A DNA stretch of 64,000 bases. It comes from a virus. Made by a program: the position numbers and the translations under genes. How positions within the stretch are numbered: position 1 is the stretch's first letter; every line of letters starts with the position of its first letter. A model generated the notes under the pieces. It searched no databases, was not told the DNA's origin, and saw only the letters and a program-made list of their open reading frames with translations. The DNA is taken from IMG/VR virus record IMGVR_UViG_3300042393_000799; one strand, given 5' to 3'. Shown in pieces: positions 28,554 through 37,294 of the stretch.

Positions 28554-28838
28554 TTAATTGATTTTAGTAAATTCTTTTAATTGGTCCATGCTTTTTGTAC
28601 CTATGGTTCTGTCAATCAATTGACCATCTTCCATATACAATAATGCTGGTATTGATCTAATGCCATATTCTGCTGATAAATCTTGATGTTTATCAACGTT
28701 TACTTTAACTACTTTCACGTCAGTAATTTCAGTTTCATATTTCTCTAAAGTCTTACCTAAGACTCTACATGGTCCACACCAATCTGCGTAAAAATCTACA
28801 AGTACTCTGCCTGTTTTAATTTGTTCTTTAATTTCCAT
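28554..28838 (-). CDS. thioredoxin
   Basis: active site WCGPC (DFYADWCGPCRVL). Confidence 0.85.
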   Translation of the reverse strand: MEIKEQIKTGRVLVDFYADWCGPCRVLGKTLEKYETEITDVKVVKVNVDKHQDLSAEYGIRSIPALLYMEDGQLIDRTIGTKSMDQLKEFTKIN

Positions 28839-28841
28839 ATT

Positions 28842-29060
28842 TTAATATTGTAATGTCCATTCTGTTAATAATTCATTGTCTGTTAATCTAATAAATGTGT
28901 CCAATGACATATTAATAGCAACCTGACCTTCTATTGTTAATACCTTAGTGTATTCTACTGAATCTTCAAAAGCTTGCTCAGCATCGCCTTGATATTTTTC
29001 AGAGCTAATTTTAATAAGGTTCTCAATAGCTTCTTCTTGTATCCAAATTTGTATATTCAT
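28842..29060 (-). CDS. hypothetical small protein
   Basis: 72-aa ORF. Confidence 0.35.
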   Translation of the reverse strand: MNIQIWIQEEAIENLIKISSEKYQGDAEQAFEDSVEYTKVLTIEGQVAINMSLDTFIRLTDNELLTEWTLQY

Positions 29061-29108
29061 AACTAATGTTTAGTTTTATATGAGGTAATATTGAAATGTT
29101 TCAAAAGA

Positions 29109-29810
29109 TTAGAATATTCGTTTATTTTGTATTTTGTAAAAAGTGTCAGCATCCATAGATAAAAATTCTTTATAGTGCAAATGATGAATAAATTTACCAG
29201 ATTCATCAAACTTCAATATCTTTTGAATGATCTTACTTGAATGTGGATTTCCTCTGTCATCAATTTTATATAGATAATTTTCTGTAAGAGGTTGTTTTCT
29301 TTCATCATATTTTAAATCAGTTTCCTGTGTTATGTCACCTACTTGTTTTTTGATGTAACTTACTTTTACAAGTACTGCACCTTCCAATGGTCTTCTTTGA
29401 TATTCATATTCTGATTCATCTATTCCTTTATTGTGTTCTATTAATTCAGATTTAGTTGGAAATTTAAAAGAATTTTCTATTTTGTCAAACAATGAAAGAT
29501 CTACTAATATGTGATGTTTATTTAGAGCTGCATCATTTAATGTATTTAGATCCTGTTCGATTACATTCCAATCCACTGATTCGTTCCAATCATGTATTAA
29601 TATTAAATCAACGTCCCATGTATTAAAATCCCATAAACATCCACCAGTAAGATATGCATTATATTTTTCAAGTAAATAAGAAATTGATTCATCTTGAAAA
29701 AATCTTGTTATCTTTTCAAAAGATGGTCTTCGCCATGGAATTGTTGTAGTAACAGAACCTACTTGATAAAAAAACTTTTGACCAGATTGTGAAGTTAGAT
29801 CGAATGCCAT
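29109..29810 (-). CDS. hypothetical protein
   Basis: 233-aa ORF. Confidence 0.4.
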   Translation of the reverse strand: MAFDLTSQSGQKFFYQVGSVTTTIPWRRPSFEKITRFFQDESISYLLEKYNAYLTGGCLWDFNTWDVDLILIHDWNESVDWNVIEQDLNTLNDAALNKHHILVDLSLFDKIENSFKFPTKSELIEHNKGIDESEYEYQRRPLEGAVLVKVSYIKKQVGDITQETDLKYDERKQPLTENYLYKIDDRGNPHSSKIIQKILKFDESGKFIHHLHYKEFLSMDADTFYKIQNKRIF

Positions 29811-29841
29811 ATTTTAATATATTTTAAATATTTATCTAACT

Positions 29842-29869
29842 AAAAAAGGGCACTAAATTAGTGCCCTTG
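29842..29869 (-). terminator. rho-independent terminator
   Basis: hairpin gggcac/gtgccc (29848-29866) followed on minus strand by TTTTTT. Confidence 0.6.
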
Positions 29870-29888
29870 AGTTTGTTGTTTGTTTGAT

Positions 29889-30818
29889 TTACTTGATACC
29901 AATCATAGAAGTTGATTTATCACCTAACATTGTAGTTGGTAATTTACCGTTCCATTTATTGATCCATTCTAATTGAAGTAACATTGGTGTGATAGTTTTT
30001 TGTTTTAAACTATTTGCTTCAGCTTCAGCTCTTGCAGATGCTAACATTGCAGAGGCATTACCATTTGCAGTTGCAACTTTAATTTTAGCTTGTGCTTCTG
30101 CTGTTTTAACTTCATTTTCTGCTCTTAATGCTGATTGTACTGCGTTATTCTTAGCTTCAATTGATCTCTTGAATGTTTCAGGATAAATTAAGTTGGATGT
30201 GAATTGATTAATAACGAATCCCTCTTTAAGTAATTGTCCTTCAAGTAATCTTCGTACTTCTACTTCAAATACTGCACGATTTGAAATTAATTCGTCTGCT
30301 GTATATTTATTAGTAGCTAAACGGAATGCATCATAAACTGCTGTTTTTAAGAATCCTTCCTCGATTTCTGGAAGAGATCTACGATATTTAGCAAAAATTG
30401 CTGGTACTTTTTCTGACTTAACAGAGTAGTTCATAATAGGCGAAACACTAAATTCAGAACCATCCTTTGAGTTTACGATAAATGAATTATCAACACCAGA
30501 TTCTTTGTCTAATTTATATTCTTTGTGTTGAATATATGTTGGAAACTCATAAATTTTTGTTGAAATTGGATTATAAAATACAACTCCAGTACATGCTACA
30601 ACATCATCTACACCTTTACCACTTCCGTACAAATTAACTTTTACTCCGACATGTCCTGCGTCAATACGCTCACATGATTGAAACACTACTACTAAAGCGA
30701 TAAACGCTACTACTCCGATTAAAATTTTCTTTACCATTTTTTTAATTTTTAATTGTTGATTTAATTTTTCTTGTTCTCTTTGTTCTTGCTGGATTTCCCA
30801 GTAGCTTTTTTCTGACAT
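29889..30818 (-). CDS. SPFH/band-7 (prohibitin/HflC-like) membrane protein
   Basis: N-terminal TM + IDAGHVGVKV SPFH start + Ala/Glu-rich coiled C-terminus; alternative start at Met28 (coordinate 30737) would remove overlap with next gene. Confidence 0.7.
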   Translation of the reverse strand: MSEKSYWEIQQEQREQEKLNQQLKIKKMVKKILIGVVAFIALVVVFQSCERIDAGHVGVKVNLYGSGKGVDDVVACTGVVFYNPISTKIYEFPTYIQHKEYKLDKESGVDNSFIVNSKDGSEFSVSPIMNYSVKSEKVPAIFAKYRRSLPEIEEGFLKTAVYDAFRLATNKYTADELISNRAVFEVEVRRLLEGQLLKEGFVINQFTSNLIYPETFKRSIEAKNNAVQSALRAENEVKTAEAQAKIKVATANGNASAMLASARAEAEANSLKQKTITPMLLQLEWINKWNGKLPTTMLGDKSTSMIGIK

Positions 30819-31033
30819 TCTTCAGATTGTTTATAATTGTAAATAATTGATTTGCATCTCTCGTAGATTAATAATCCAGCAGCAAATCCTACGCTGAATA
30901 ATAAGATTGGACCTAAATATGCAAAATCTGATTTTGCACTCATAAGATTAAAAATCTGATCTCCCACTGGCAATAACGCAATAGTGATTGTCAAGATAAT
31001 TAAAATGTCCCTAAATAGATTTTTGTAGTTCAT
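30761..31033 (-). CDS. small 2-TM membrane protein upstream of SPFH gene (NfeD-like partner candidate)
   Basis: 90-aa ORF with two hydrophobic helices. Confidence 0.35.
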   Translation of the reverse strand: MNYKNLFRDILIILTITIALLPVGDQIFNLMSAKSDFAYLGPILLFSVGFAAGLLIYERCKSIIYNYKQSEECQKKATGKSSKNKENKKN

Positions 31034-31062
31034 ATGTATTGTACTTGTTAATTGTAAAAAGT

Positions 31063-31269
31063 TTATTTAACGTATTTTCTAATGATTTTGGTTTCCTTCT
31101 TGTTTATAACTAAAATGTACTTTTTGTCATATTTAGTTTTATACAATTGATACCTTTGACCATCTTTGAAATACCACTCTTTGGTGTAACTATATTCTTT
31201 GATTCTTTCCTCTGCAGGTTTACATGAAAATGAGAGGATCACCATTAAAAGTATAAGTAAGTATCTCAT
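31063..31269 (-). CDS. small lipoprotein
   Basis: signal peptide with lipobox LSFSC. Confidence 0.45.
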   Translation of the reverse strand: MRYLLILLMVILSFSCKPAEERIKEYSYTKEWYFKDGQRYQLYKTKYDKKYILVINKKETKIIRKYVK

Positions 31270-31529
31270 TATTTTTCGTTAATGATTACTTGGCCTTCCA
31301 TTACTCCAAAACCAGATTTCTCAGTAAAGTAATAAGTAGTTGCTTTGGTGGTATCTTTTTTAGTCAAGATCCAAAGACTTGCATCTTTACCTTTCCAGGT
31401 AACATTTACTACTCGTGTACCAGCTTCTAGGTTAATAACCTCTGTTCCACCAAATGATCTAGCTCTTTGATTTTCTGTACAAGATGCTAGTGAAATAGCT
31501 GCGATAGCTATAATGAATAATTTTTTCAT
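31269..31529 (-). CDS. small lipoprotein
   Basis: signal peptide with lipobox LASC. Confidence 0.5.
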   Translation of the reverse strand: MKKLFIIAIAAISLASCTENQRARSFGGTEVINLEAGTRVVNVTWKGKDASLWILTKKDTTKATTYYFTEKSGFGVMEGQVIINEK

Positions 31530-31541
31530 TTTTAATTGTTT

Positions 31542-31615
31542 TTAATTGTTATAGGGTAAATATAATACTAATATTTGACATAAAAAAATATATTTTAAAA
31601 AAGTTACGAACAATC
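31542..31615 (-). promoter_or_regulatory. repeated intergenic cassette (hairpin-less variant)
   Basis: ttaattgttatagggtaaatataatac...aaagttacgaacaatc. Confidence 0.55.
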
Positions 31616-31747
31616 ATTCTTTTTATGTTTGTCTTTGCGATAATACTTCTTTTTATTACGATAAGGTGCAGGCACTTTAAGAGCATCAAACCATTCTTGT
31701 AATGTTATGTTAATTTTTTCTAATTTGATTTTCTTAGTCTCTTTCAT
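31604..31747 (-). CDS. Lys/Arg-rich micro-ORF (47 aa) coupled to upstream gene by TAATG overlap; stop codon lies inside cassette motif A
   Basis: MKETKKIKLEKINITLQEWFDALKVPAPYRNKKKYYRKDKHKKNDCS; not in ORF track. Confidence 0.3.
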   Translation of the reverse strand: MKETKKIKLEKINITLQEWFDALKVPAPYRNKKKYYRKDKHKKNDCS

Positions 31748-32661
31748 TATGCTTGTTCTTTATAAGTTACAATTAATTCACCAATTCTGGTTAAAATTGA
31801 TCTTTGAGAGTTGTGTTCTTTTGCTTTAACATCTAAACTTCTAACTGAATTTTGCAAATGTTGTAATTGAGTCAATAAGTTTCCAACAGTTGCATCATTT
31901 ACTTTCTTCTGAGATTGTTTTGCTAAATGGAAACTAATTAAGTCCTCTAATTTCTTACGATTATCATTCATTCTTTCAATACACTTATCATATGTTGAAA
32001 TAATAGAAAGACTTGCAGATTTTTCAAAATCTTCCATTCCACTAACATAAGAACCGTCAATCTTAACAAATCTTAAACCAGAATGTGTAGGAATATCGAT
32101 TCTTGTTTTGTCAATTCCAAAACTTGCACAAACTTCAAAGAATAATTCGTTATTGTTTGGTGTAAATTTACAATTAGTTTCAAGAATATGTTTAGCATCC
32201 ATTGAGTGCAATGGTACAATATTTTTATATGCGCTTACTGGATATTCAATGATCTCGATTTCCATATTGTGAATCTCTTCAATATTTTCATAAATTGCTT
32301 TATAAGTTCTAAAGAAACGTGTAGCAAATACCTCATCCTCGATTGTGTTATAAACATCTTCGTCGAGTTCTTCATTATAAGTTTTTGACTCAACAACTTT
32401 TTCAAGAATTTTGTTATATTCTTTTAAACTGATTGTGGTCATGTTTTCTACATTATCATAACCGATTAAATTACGACTAGAACTTTTATATGTGATAGTT
32501 TCTGGTTTCTCAGAAATAGTAATAAGATCTGAACCGTTTGAAGTACCTCTTAAGGCATCTACTAATGGTTTACCGTTAACAATAAGAGCTCTATTATAGA
32601 TAGTTTTAACTACATATAAACCTGTTTGAGAATCGTAACCTACTTTAATTGAATTTTCCAT
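31747..32661 (-). CDS. hypothetical protein
   Basis: 304-aa ORF preceded by cassette. Confidence 0.45.
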   Translation of the reverse strand: MENSIKVGYDSQTGLYVVKTIYNRALIVNGKPLVDALRGTSNGSDLITISEKPETITYKSSSRNLIGYDNVENMTTISLKEYNKILEKVVESKTYNEELDEDVYNTIEDEVFATRFFRTYKAIYENIEEIHNMEIEIIEYPVSAYKNIVPLHSMDAKHILETNCKFTPNNNELFFEVCASFGIDKTRIDIPTHSGLRFVKIDGSYVSGMEDFEKSASLSIISTYDKCIERMNDNRKKLEDLISFHLAKQSQKKVNDATVGNLLTQLQHLQNSVRSLDVKAKEHNSQRSILTRIGELIVTYKEQA

Positions 32662-32673
32662 AATGATTATCTT

Positions 32674-32754
32674 TTAATTATAGAGCTAATATACACAAAA
32701 AAAGCCAAACAAAAAAATATTTGGCTAATTATTTTCATAAAGTTACGAACAATT
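32674..32754 (-). promoter_or_regulatory. repeated intergenic cassette
   Basis: ttaattatagagctaatatacac...agccaaacaaaaaaatatttggct...ttattttcataaagttacgaacaatt. Confidence 0.7.
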
Positions 32755-32765
32755 GTTTGTTAAAC

Positions 32766-32798
32766 CAAAAAGACTCATCATTCGATGAGTCTTTTTTA
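32766..32798. terminator. bidirectional hairpin terminator downstream of tRNA-Ala
   Basis: agactcatc/gatgagtct inverted repeat (32771-32792) with flanking A- and T-runs. Confidence 0.55.
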
Positions 32799-32799
32799 G

Positions 32800-32873
32800 T
32801 GGAGGTGACAGGAATCGAACCTGCGACCCTCTGCGTGCAAGGCAGATGCTCTAGCCAACTGAGCTACACCCCC
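32800..32873 (-). tRNA. tRNA-Ala-TGC: tRNA-Ala (anticodon TGC)
   Basis: rc reads GGGGGTGTAGCTCAGTTGGCTAGAGC...CTTGCAC...GGTTCGATTCC...CACCTCCA; cloverleaf with 7-bp acceptor, T-loop TTCGATT. Confidence 0.85.
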
Positions 32874-33095
32874 GTGATATTATATATCTTATTAATTTTA
32901 GCAATGTGAGAAACTAGCCTATTCCATTTAAAACTCATATTACTTCGGGATCCAACCGCTCTAGCCTCAGGTTCAGTATTAGAACCACTACTTATCGTTA
33001 TTGACTAGTGACCTTTATCTATATATTTGTCCACCACTTTAGCGTCAGAGTGAATAAGTCGTTAACGCCTACTCGAACAGTTTTTTAAGGTTTAA

Positions 33096-33269
33096 TTAGG
33101 CGTTGTTCTTCTCAGATACTTCTGTTCTAACAACTTGTGCTAAGTTTTTGATCTCTTGCATAGCTTTACGAACTCTTGTTCCAGCTGCTTTGTTTCCGTT
33201 TTCGAAGAATTTTGTTGCGTCAGCTTGAACTGCGTTTAATACTTCTTGAATTTGTGCTAATGTTTCCAT
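33096..33269 (-). CDS. Bacteroidetes-type histone H1-like DNA-binding protein (57 aa)
   Basis: translation METLAQIQEVLNAVQADATKFFENGNKAAGTRVRKAMQEIKNLAQVVRTEVSEKNNA; KFFENGNKAAGTRVRKA signature of small 'histone H1' proteins of Bacteroidota; below ORF-track size cutoff. Confidence 0.55.
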   Translation of the reverse strand: METLAQIQEVLNAVQADATKFFENGNKAAGTRVRKAMQEIKNLAQVVRTEVSEKNNA

Positions 33270-33338
33270 GTTTTATATTTGTTTATTTATTATATATGTT
33301 ATACTGGGCTGTTTTGGTTTGTTTCAATACTGTGTGAA

Positions 33339-33500
33339 TTAATCTTCTTCTAATAGTCCTATCCACAATGCAACATATATCCAGAATGTATATGGTACAA
33401 GTAAGAATATTAATCGCCATGCTATAGCTGATGTTCCAGTAGCTTTAGCAATACCACCGCAGACACCTCCGAGGTAACTGTTTGTTTTACTTCTTTTCAA
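33339..33500 (-). CDS. PspC-domain small membrane protein, apparent TTG start (no in-frame ATG)
   Basis: (L)KRSKTNSYLGGVCGGIAKATGTSAIAWRLIFLLVPYTFWIYVALWIGLLEED matches PspC core GVCGG...R..F. Confidence 0.4.
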   Translation of the reverse strand: MKRSKTNSYLGGVCGGIAKATGTSAIAWRLIFLLVPYTFWIYVALWIGLLEED

Positions 33501-33636
33501 TTTTATTGTTTTTTATTATGTTACCTTTTTCGTCCACTTCTGGTGCCTTATACATATGATATGCAATAAAACATCCTGTTATCAGCAAGTAACCAATGAT
33601 TACTTCTATTGTATTGTTTTGTATTAATCCCACCAT
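33487..33636 (-). CDS. 49-aa hydrophobic micro-ORF immediately upstream of, and out of frame with, the PspC ORF
   Basis: MVGLIQNNTIEVIIGYLLITGCFIAYHMYKAPEVDEKGNIIKNNKIEKK. Confidence 0.2.
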   Translation of the reverse strand: MVGLIQNNTIEVIIGYLLITGCFIAYHMYKAPEVDEKGNIIKNNKIEKK

Positions 33637-34400
33637 CTTTGGATATTTTCTTCCATTAACTTAAATAACAATTTGTTTGCTCTGTTGTGATTGATATGTC
33701 CAATATTCATTGCAATAACTTGTTTGTCATCTTCACGTCCATCACGACCAAATGGACCTTCACCTGCTAAAACTCTTTTATAGATCAATGGATATTTCTT
33801 AAAGAAATCATCAAAATTCTCTTCTAATAAACGAGATTCCCATGAACTCAAACCTTCTTTTCCTGGCACATCTGCAAACCAATGCTTAGTCTTATGATAG
33901 TCAGAATATTCAGAGCTATAAAAATCATCATCGATTAGTTTCATTAATCTAACACATGTCATCATAATTTCAGCATCTCGTTGGGCTCTTGTATGAATAT
34001 CTCGTTCTCCGATATATTTTGATTGAGCTTTGATTTTGTGCATCATGATTTCAAAGATATAGTGAGAATCCCAATTACGATCTTTCCAAATGATAGGAAA
34101 CCAATAAATCAAGTTCTTAATACCTGTTTTAAACATTTTATGGTAATACTTACCTTCATGATCCCACCATAATGGAATCCATTCAAGTTTTCTTACAATC
34201 CATAGTTTTTTGGCTCTCTCTTCAGCCCATTCATCAAATACGTCTAATTCTGGTTCAGATGAAGGACTTTCACAGTCTAGTATATCTGTATCGCTCATGT
34301 TACATGTTGATCCAACTGGACAACATTCGTCATCGCAATGTGATTTTGTAATAGGACAAATCATGTCGTCCTTTACTGTGTAATCTTTTTCTGCTTCCAT
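33624..34400 (-). CDS. hypothetical protein with Cys-rich N-terminus
   Basis: 258-aa ORF; CPITKSHCDDECCPVGSTC. Confidence 0.45.
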   Translation of the reverse strand: MEAEKDYTVKDDMICPITKSHCDDECCPVGSTCNMSDTDILDCESPSSEPELDVFDEWAEERAKKLWIVRKLEWIPLWWDHEGKYYHKMFKTGIKNLIYWFPIIWKDRNWDSHYIFEIMMHKIKAQSKYIGERDIHTRAQRDAEIMMTCVRLMKLIDDDFYSSEYSDYHKTKHWFADVPGKEGLSSWESRLLEENFDDFFKKYPLIYKRVLAGEGPFGRDGREDDKQVIAMNIGHINHNRANKLLFKLMEENIQRWWD

Positions 34401-34411
34401 ATTATTATAAT

Positions 34412-35140
34412 TTAAATTTTGTTAATAAAGTCAAAGTCATTTGAATATTTCTTGTTAAGTTCATTCAAGATTATCTGAGTATATGTTTTAGCACCTTCTG
34501 GTGTAGTATGTGATTTGTCAGTTGGTGAATAAAAGTCTTTGGCTTTATCTTGCCCAATCTCTTCTAAAAACACTGACAGTATTTCATTTGTATCTAGAAA
34601 ACCAACTTTAGTTTCATTTGCAATGTCTTCCATAATTCTAGCATATTCAATAGAATGTGTTCTTTTATGGTGACCATCTTCCCATGTATTTCTTGGTATT
34701 TGACTTAGAAAATATAGTTTTGCACCTCTGTCTTTTACCTTTTGTGCCAGTCTTCTTAGATATTCACCAAACGTATATACTGTATACTCAACTTTATAAT
34801 GTTCATCATATACTATTTCAAATCTATCATCTTTTCCTGGCAATGATCCTCTTGCACCAAATCCACCAAAATCTGTTCTTGATAACGGTGATCTTTCTAA
34901 TGTGCCAAAAGATGCTAACAATATATCATTTTCATCAAGTTTAGATATTATCATATCGAGTATATTTCCATTACGATTAAAGAAGTCTCGAATACCCCAA
35001 CCAATCATACATTTATTTTCACCAATACATTTAGTGGTATCTAGATATTCATTGACATATTCTGCCCAACCTATCGTATCATCGCCACAATCTTTTAGTC
35101 TGGCGCCAGATGTTGAATCTCCTATAACTACCAGTTTCAT
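34412..35140 (-). CDS. SGNH/GDSL-family hydrolase (esterase/acetylesterase)
   Basis: block I VVIGDSTS at N-terminus and block V DKSH near C-terminus. Confidence 0.65.
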   Translation of the reverse strand: MKLVVIGDSTSGARLKDCGDDTIGWAEYVNEYLDTTKCIGENKCMIGWGIRDFFNRNGNILDMIISKLDENDILLASFGTLERSPLSRTDFGGFGARGSLPGKDDRFEIVYDEHYKVEYTVYTFGEYLRRLAQKVKDRGAKLYFLSQIPRNTWEDGHHKRTHSIEYARIMEDIANETKVGFLDTNEILSVFLEEIGQDKAKDFYSPTDKSHTTPEGAKTYTQIILNELNKKYSNDFDFINKI

Positions 35141-35145
35141 ATTAA

Positions 35146-35520
35146 TTATTTTGTTTTATGATTTTCTTCTAGATATTCATATAATGATTCAAATGAATAG
35201 CATATTGGATTACCGTCTTTGTCATGTGCTCCGAATCTAACTTCACCGCTTTTGTGTTCTAGTTCCATGTTACCTTCTTCATTTATTTTATATGAATCGG
35301 ATGTTGACCAATCTTTTTGACCATATTCACTGTCATGACAAAACCAACTAAACCAATCGTAACCCTCTTCACCATATATTTCTTTAATCAACTCTGAAAT
35401 AATCTCATGATATGGATCAACAAAATTAATTAGATCTACACCATTCGTATACAATGCATTAATGGTTCTGTCTTCTTTTTGAAGGCTTAGAATTACTTTT
35501 AAAAATCTTTCGTACGTCAT
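35146..35520 (-). CDS. hypothetical protein
   Basis: 124-aa ORF. Confidence 0.4.
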   Translation of the reverse strand: MTYERFLKVILSLQKEDRTINALYTNGVDLINFVDPYHEIISELIKEIYGEEGYDWFSWFCHDSEYGQKDWSTSDSYKINEEGNMELEHKSGEVRFGAHDKDGNPICYSFESLYEYLEENHKTK

Positions 35521-35732
35521 TCTTTGTCAAATTTTTCGTAATCAATTCTACCAGTTAATTGATATGCTTGCCATAAACTAGATACTGCATCATCTATATG
35601 TTTGCCAATCTCAGATTCTATTTTTGCTACTGGATGTTGCTGTAAATGATCGTCAGCCATACACATTACGACATGTAATCTGTCTAACATTTCGTGATAA
35701 TGAAATTTATCTAATTTAGGTTTGGTACTCAT
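35517..35732 (-). CDS. hypothetical small protein
   Basis: 71-aa ORF. Confidence 0.35.
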   Translation of the reverse strand: MSTKPKLDKFHYHEMLDRLHVVMCMADDHLQQHPVAKIESEIGKHIDDAVSSLWQAYQLTGRIDYEKFDKE

Positions 35733-35735
35733 TGA

Positions 35736-35936
35736 TTATATATTTCTAGACAAAATACTAACCTCTTCCTCTTTTACTAATTCCTCAATATCACTCCAAC
35801 ATAATTGAATTTCATGTGATTCTGGACTACCTTCTTCGATTTCATCAATACATAACTGAACTAATGATTTTACATCTTCTTTAAGATGAGGATATTTGGT
35901 CATAACCAAATTTGCGAATTCTATTAAATTTGTCAT
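35736..35936 (-). CDS. hypothetical small acidic protein
   Basis: 66-aa ORF. Confidence 0.35.
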   Translation of the reverse strand: MTNLIEFANLVMTKYPHLKEDVKSLVQLCIDEIEEGSPESHEIQLCWSDIEELVKEEEVSILSRNI

Positions 35937-36361
35937 TTTTTTGTTTTTGAATTAATGTTTGCAATAATATTATCTAGTGAATGTGTAACGTTTAACATGA
36001 TTTCATCTTCCATTTCTAATCGTATTCCATTTAATTTTAAATCGAAAAAGTTTTTTAATTTAGTATTAGGTGAACCATGAAATGCTATATCGTAACTATA
36101 AACATGATTTACAATCTTAAGACTTGATTCGTCTATAATTATAAAGTAGTCACCGTTCTTAACATATCTTCTGTCTAAATGTGGACCTGAATATAATAAT
36201 TCTGAATCAGGATCATTCAAGAGTCTCATACAAATTGTTCTTGCCTTTTGTTGAGTAGGATCTAATTTTCTACTAGAATATGCAACTGGATCAAATGTTT
36301 TCTTAACTTTGATTTTTGCCTTTTGAAATCTTCTTTTGAAATAATGGAATATACGTTTCAT
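35933..36361 (-). CDS. hypothetical protein
   Basis: 142-aa ORF. Confidence 0.4.
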   Translation of the reverse strand: MKRIFHYFKRRFQKAKIKVKKTFDPVAYSSRKLDPTQQKARTICMRLLNDPDSELLYSGPHLDRRYVKNGDYFIIIDESSLKIVNHVYSYDIAFHGSPNTKLKNFFDLKLNGIRLEMEDEIMLNVTHSLDNIIANINSKTKK

Positions 36362-36366
36362 TTCTC

Positions 36367-36627
36367 TTAGTTTAGTTCCTCAATAATAAGTTCACTTTCG
36401 TGAGCACTTTGTATACTTAAACCATATTCATTAAAGATGGCTTCAAATTGACTAGGATTCATTGCTATTTGAATAGCAGCGTCTGAATGATCAGTACCAA
36501 GTTCAATTGCATCTTGTGGATCTATATTAATAAATCCTAAATAATTTTCATGGTTCTTATCGAATTGATAATCCTTTGAAATCATCTCGATGTATGCCAT
36601 TGTTGTAATTTTTGCTTGTTTAGTCAT
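36367..36627 (-). CDS. hypothetical small protein
   Basis: 86-aa ORF. Confidence 0.35.
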   Translation of the reverse strand: MTKQAKITTMAYIEMISKDYQFDKNHENYLGFINIDPQDAIELGTDHSDAAIQIAMNPSQFEAIFNEYGLSIQSAHESELIIEELN

Positions 36628-36656
36628 CTTATTTTTTAGTTATACTGTTAAATTAA

Positions 36657-37289
36657 TTATTGTTTATCTTGTAATTCCTCTAATTCTTTCTCTAATCTTG
36701 AGATGCTGCCCCAAATTGGATTTCTAGTTGGATCTATTGCTATAATTTGATCTCTCAATTCAGTTTGTCTACCTCGACTATAAAATCTATCTTCAATTGC
36801 AGATGCCAATTCTTGTAGGTGTTCTGGTGCCCAAATACTAATTCTTAAATCATAATTAGTCCACTTAGTTTTCCAATCAACAAACATAATACCGCCAGTA
36901 AGTTTCTTTGATAAATTGTGTAGTCTACGATTTCTAACTCTAACTATTGAATTATCACTACCAAATAAGTGTAAGAATCTTAAGAACCATCTTGGACACC
37001 ATTTTGGTTTGGCCTCATAATCTAATGCTAAGACTAATGGAAATAAGGCTTTATAATATTCACTATCTTCTCGCCAAACACTAGTTCCTAAGTATCGATA
37101 TTTCTCAGCAAAATTCTTTGGAAAGAAAACAGCCAAAACATCTTTGAATCTAATGTTCATGGTGTGAATCATTCCTTTAGAACGACCTTTCCAAAATATC
37201 ACGCAATACAATATCATTGTAGCAAAGTCTTTTGCCTTTTTGCTAAATGGTCTATTGTCTTTAAATTCAAATTTACTTTTCTGTTTCAT
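36657..37289 (-). CDS. hypothetical protein
   Basis: 210-aa ORF. Confidence 0.4.
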   Translation of the reverse strand: MKQKSKFEFKDNRPFSKKAKDFATMILYCVIFWKGRSKGMIHTMNIRFKDVLAVFFPKNFAEKYRYLGTSVWREDSEYYKALFPLVLALDYEAKPKWCPRWFLRFLHLFGSDNSIVRVRNRRLHNLSKKLTGGIMFVDWKTKWTNYDLRISIWAPEHLQELASAIEDRFYSRGRQTELRDQIIAIDPTRNPIWGSISRLEKELEELQDKQ

Positions 37290-37294
37290 GTTAA

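Noticed and set aside
32721-32909. 62-aa plus-strand ORF
   Set aside because: It overlaps the tRNA-Ala gene and its terminator, so the tRNA structure explains the sequence.
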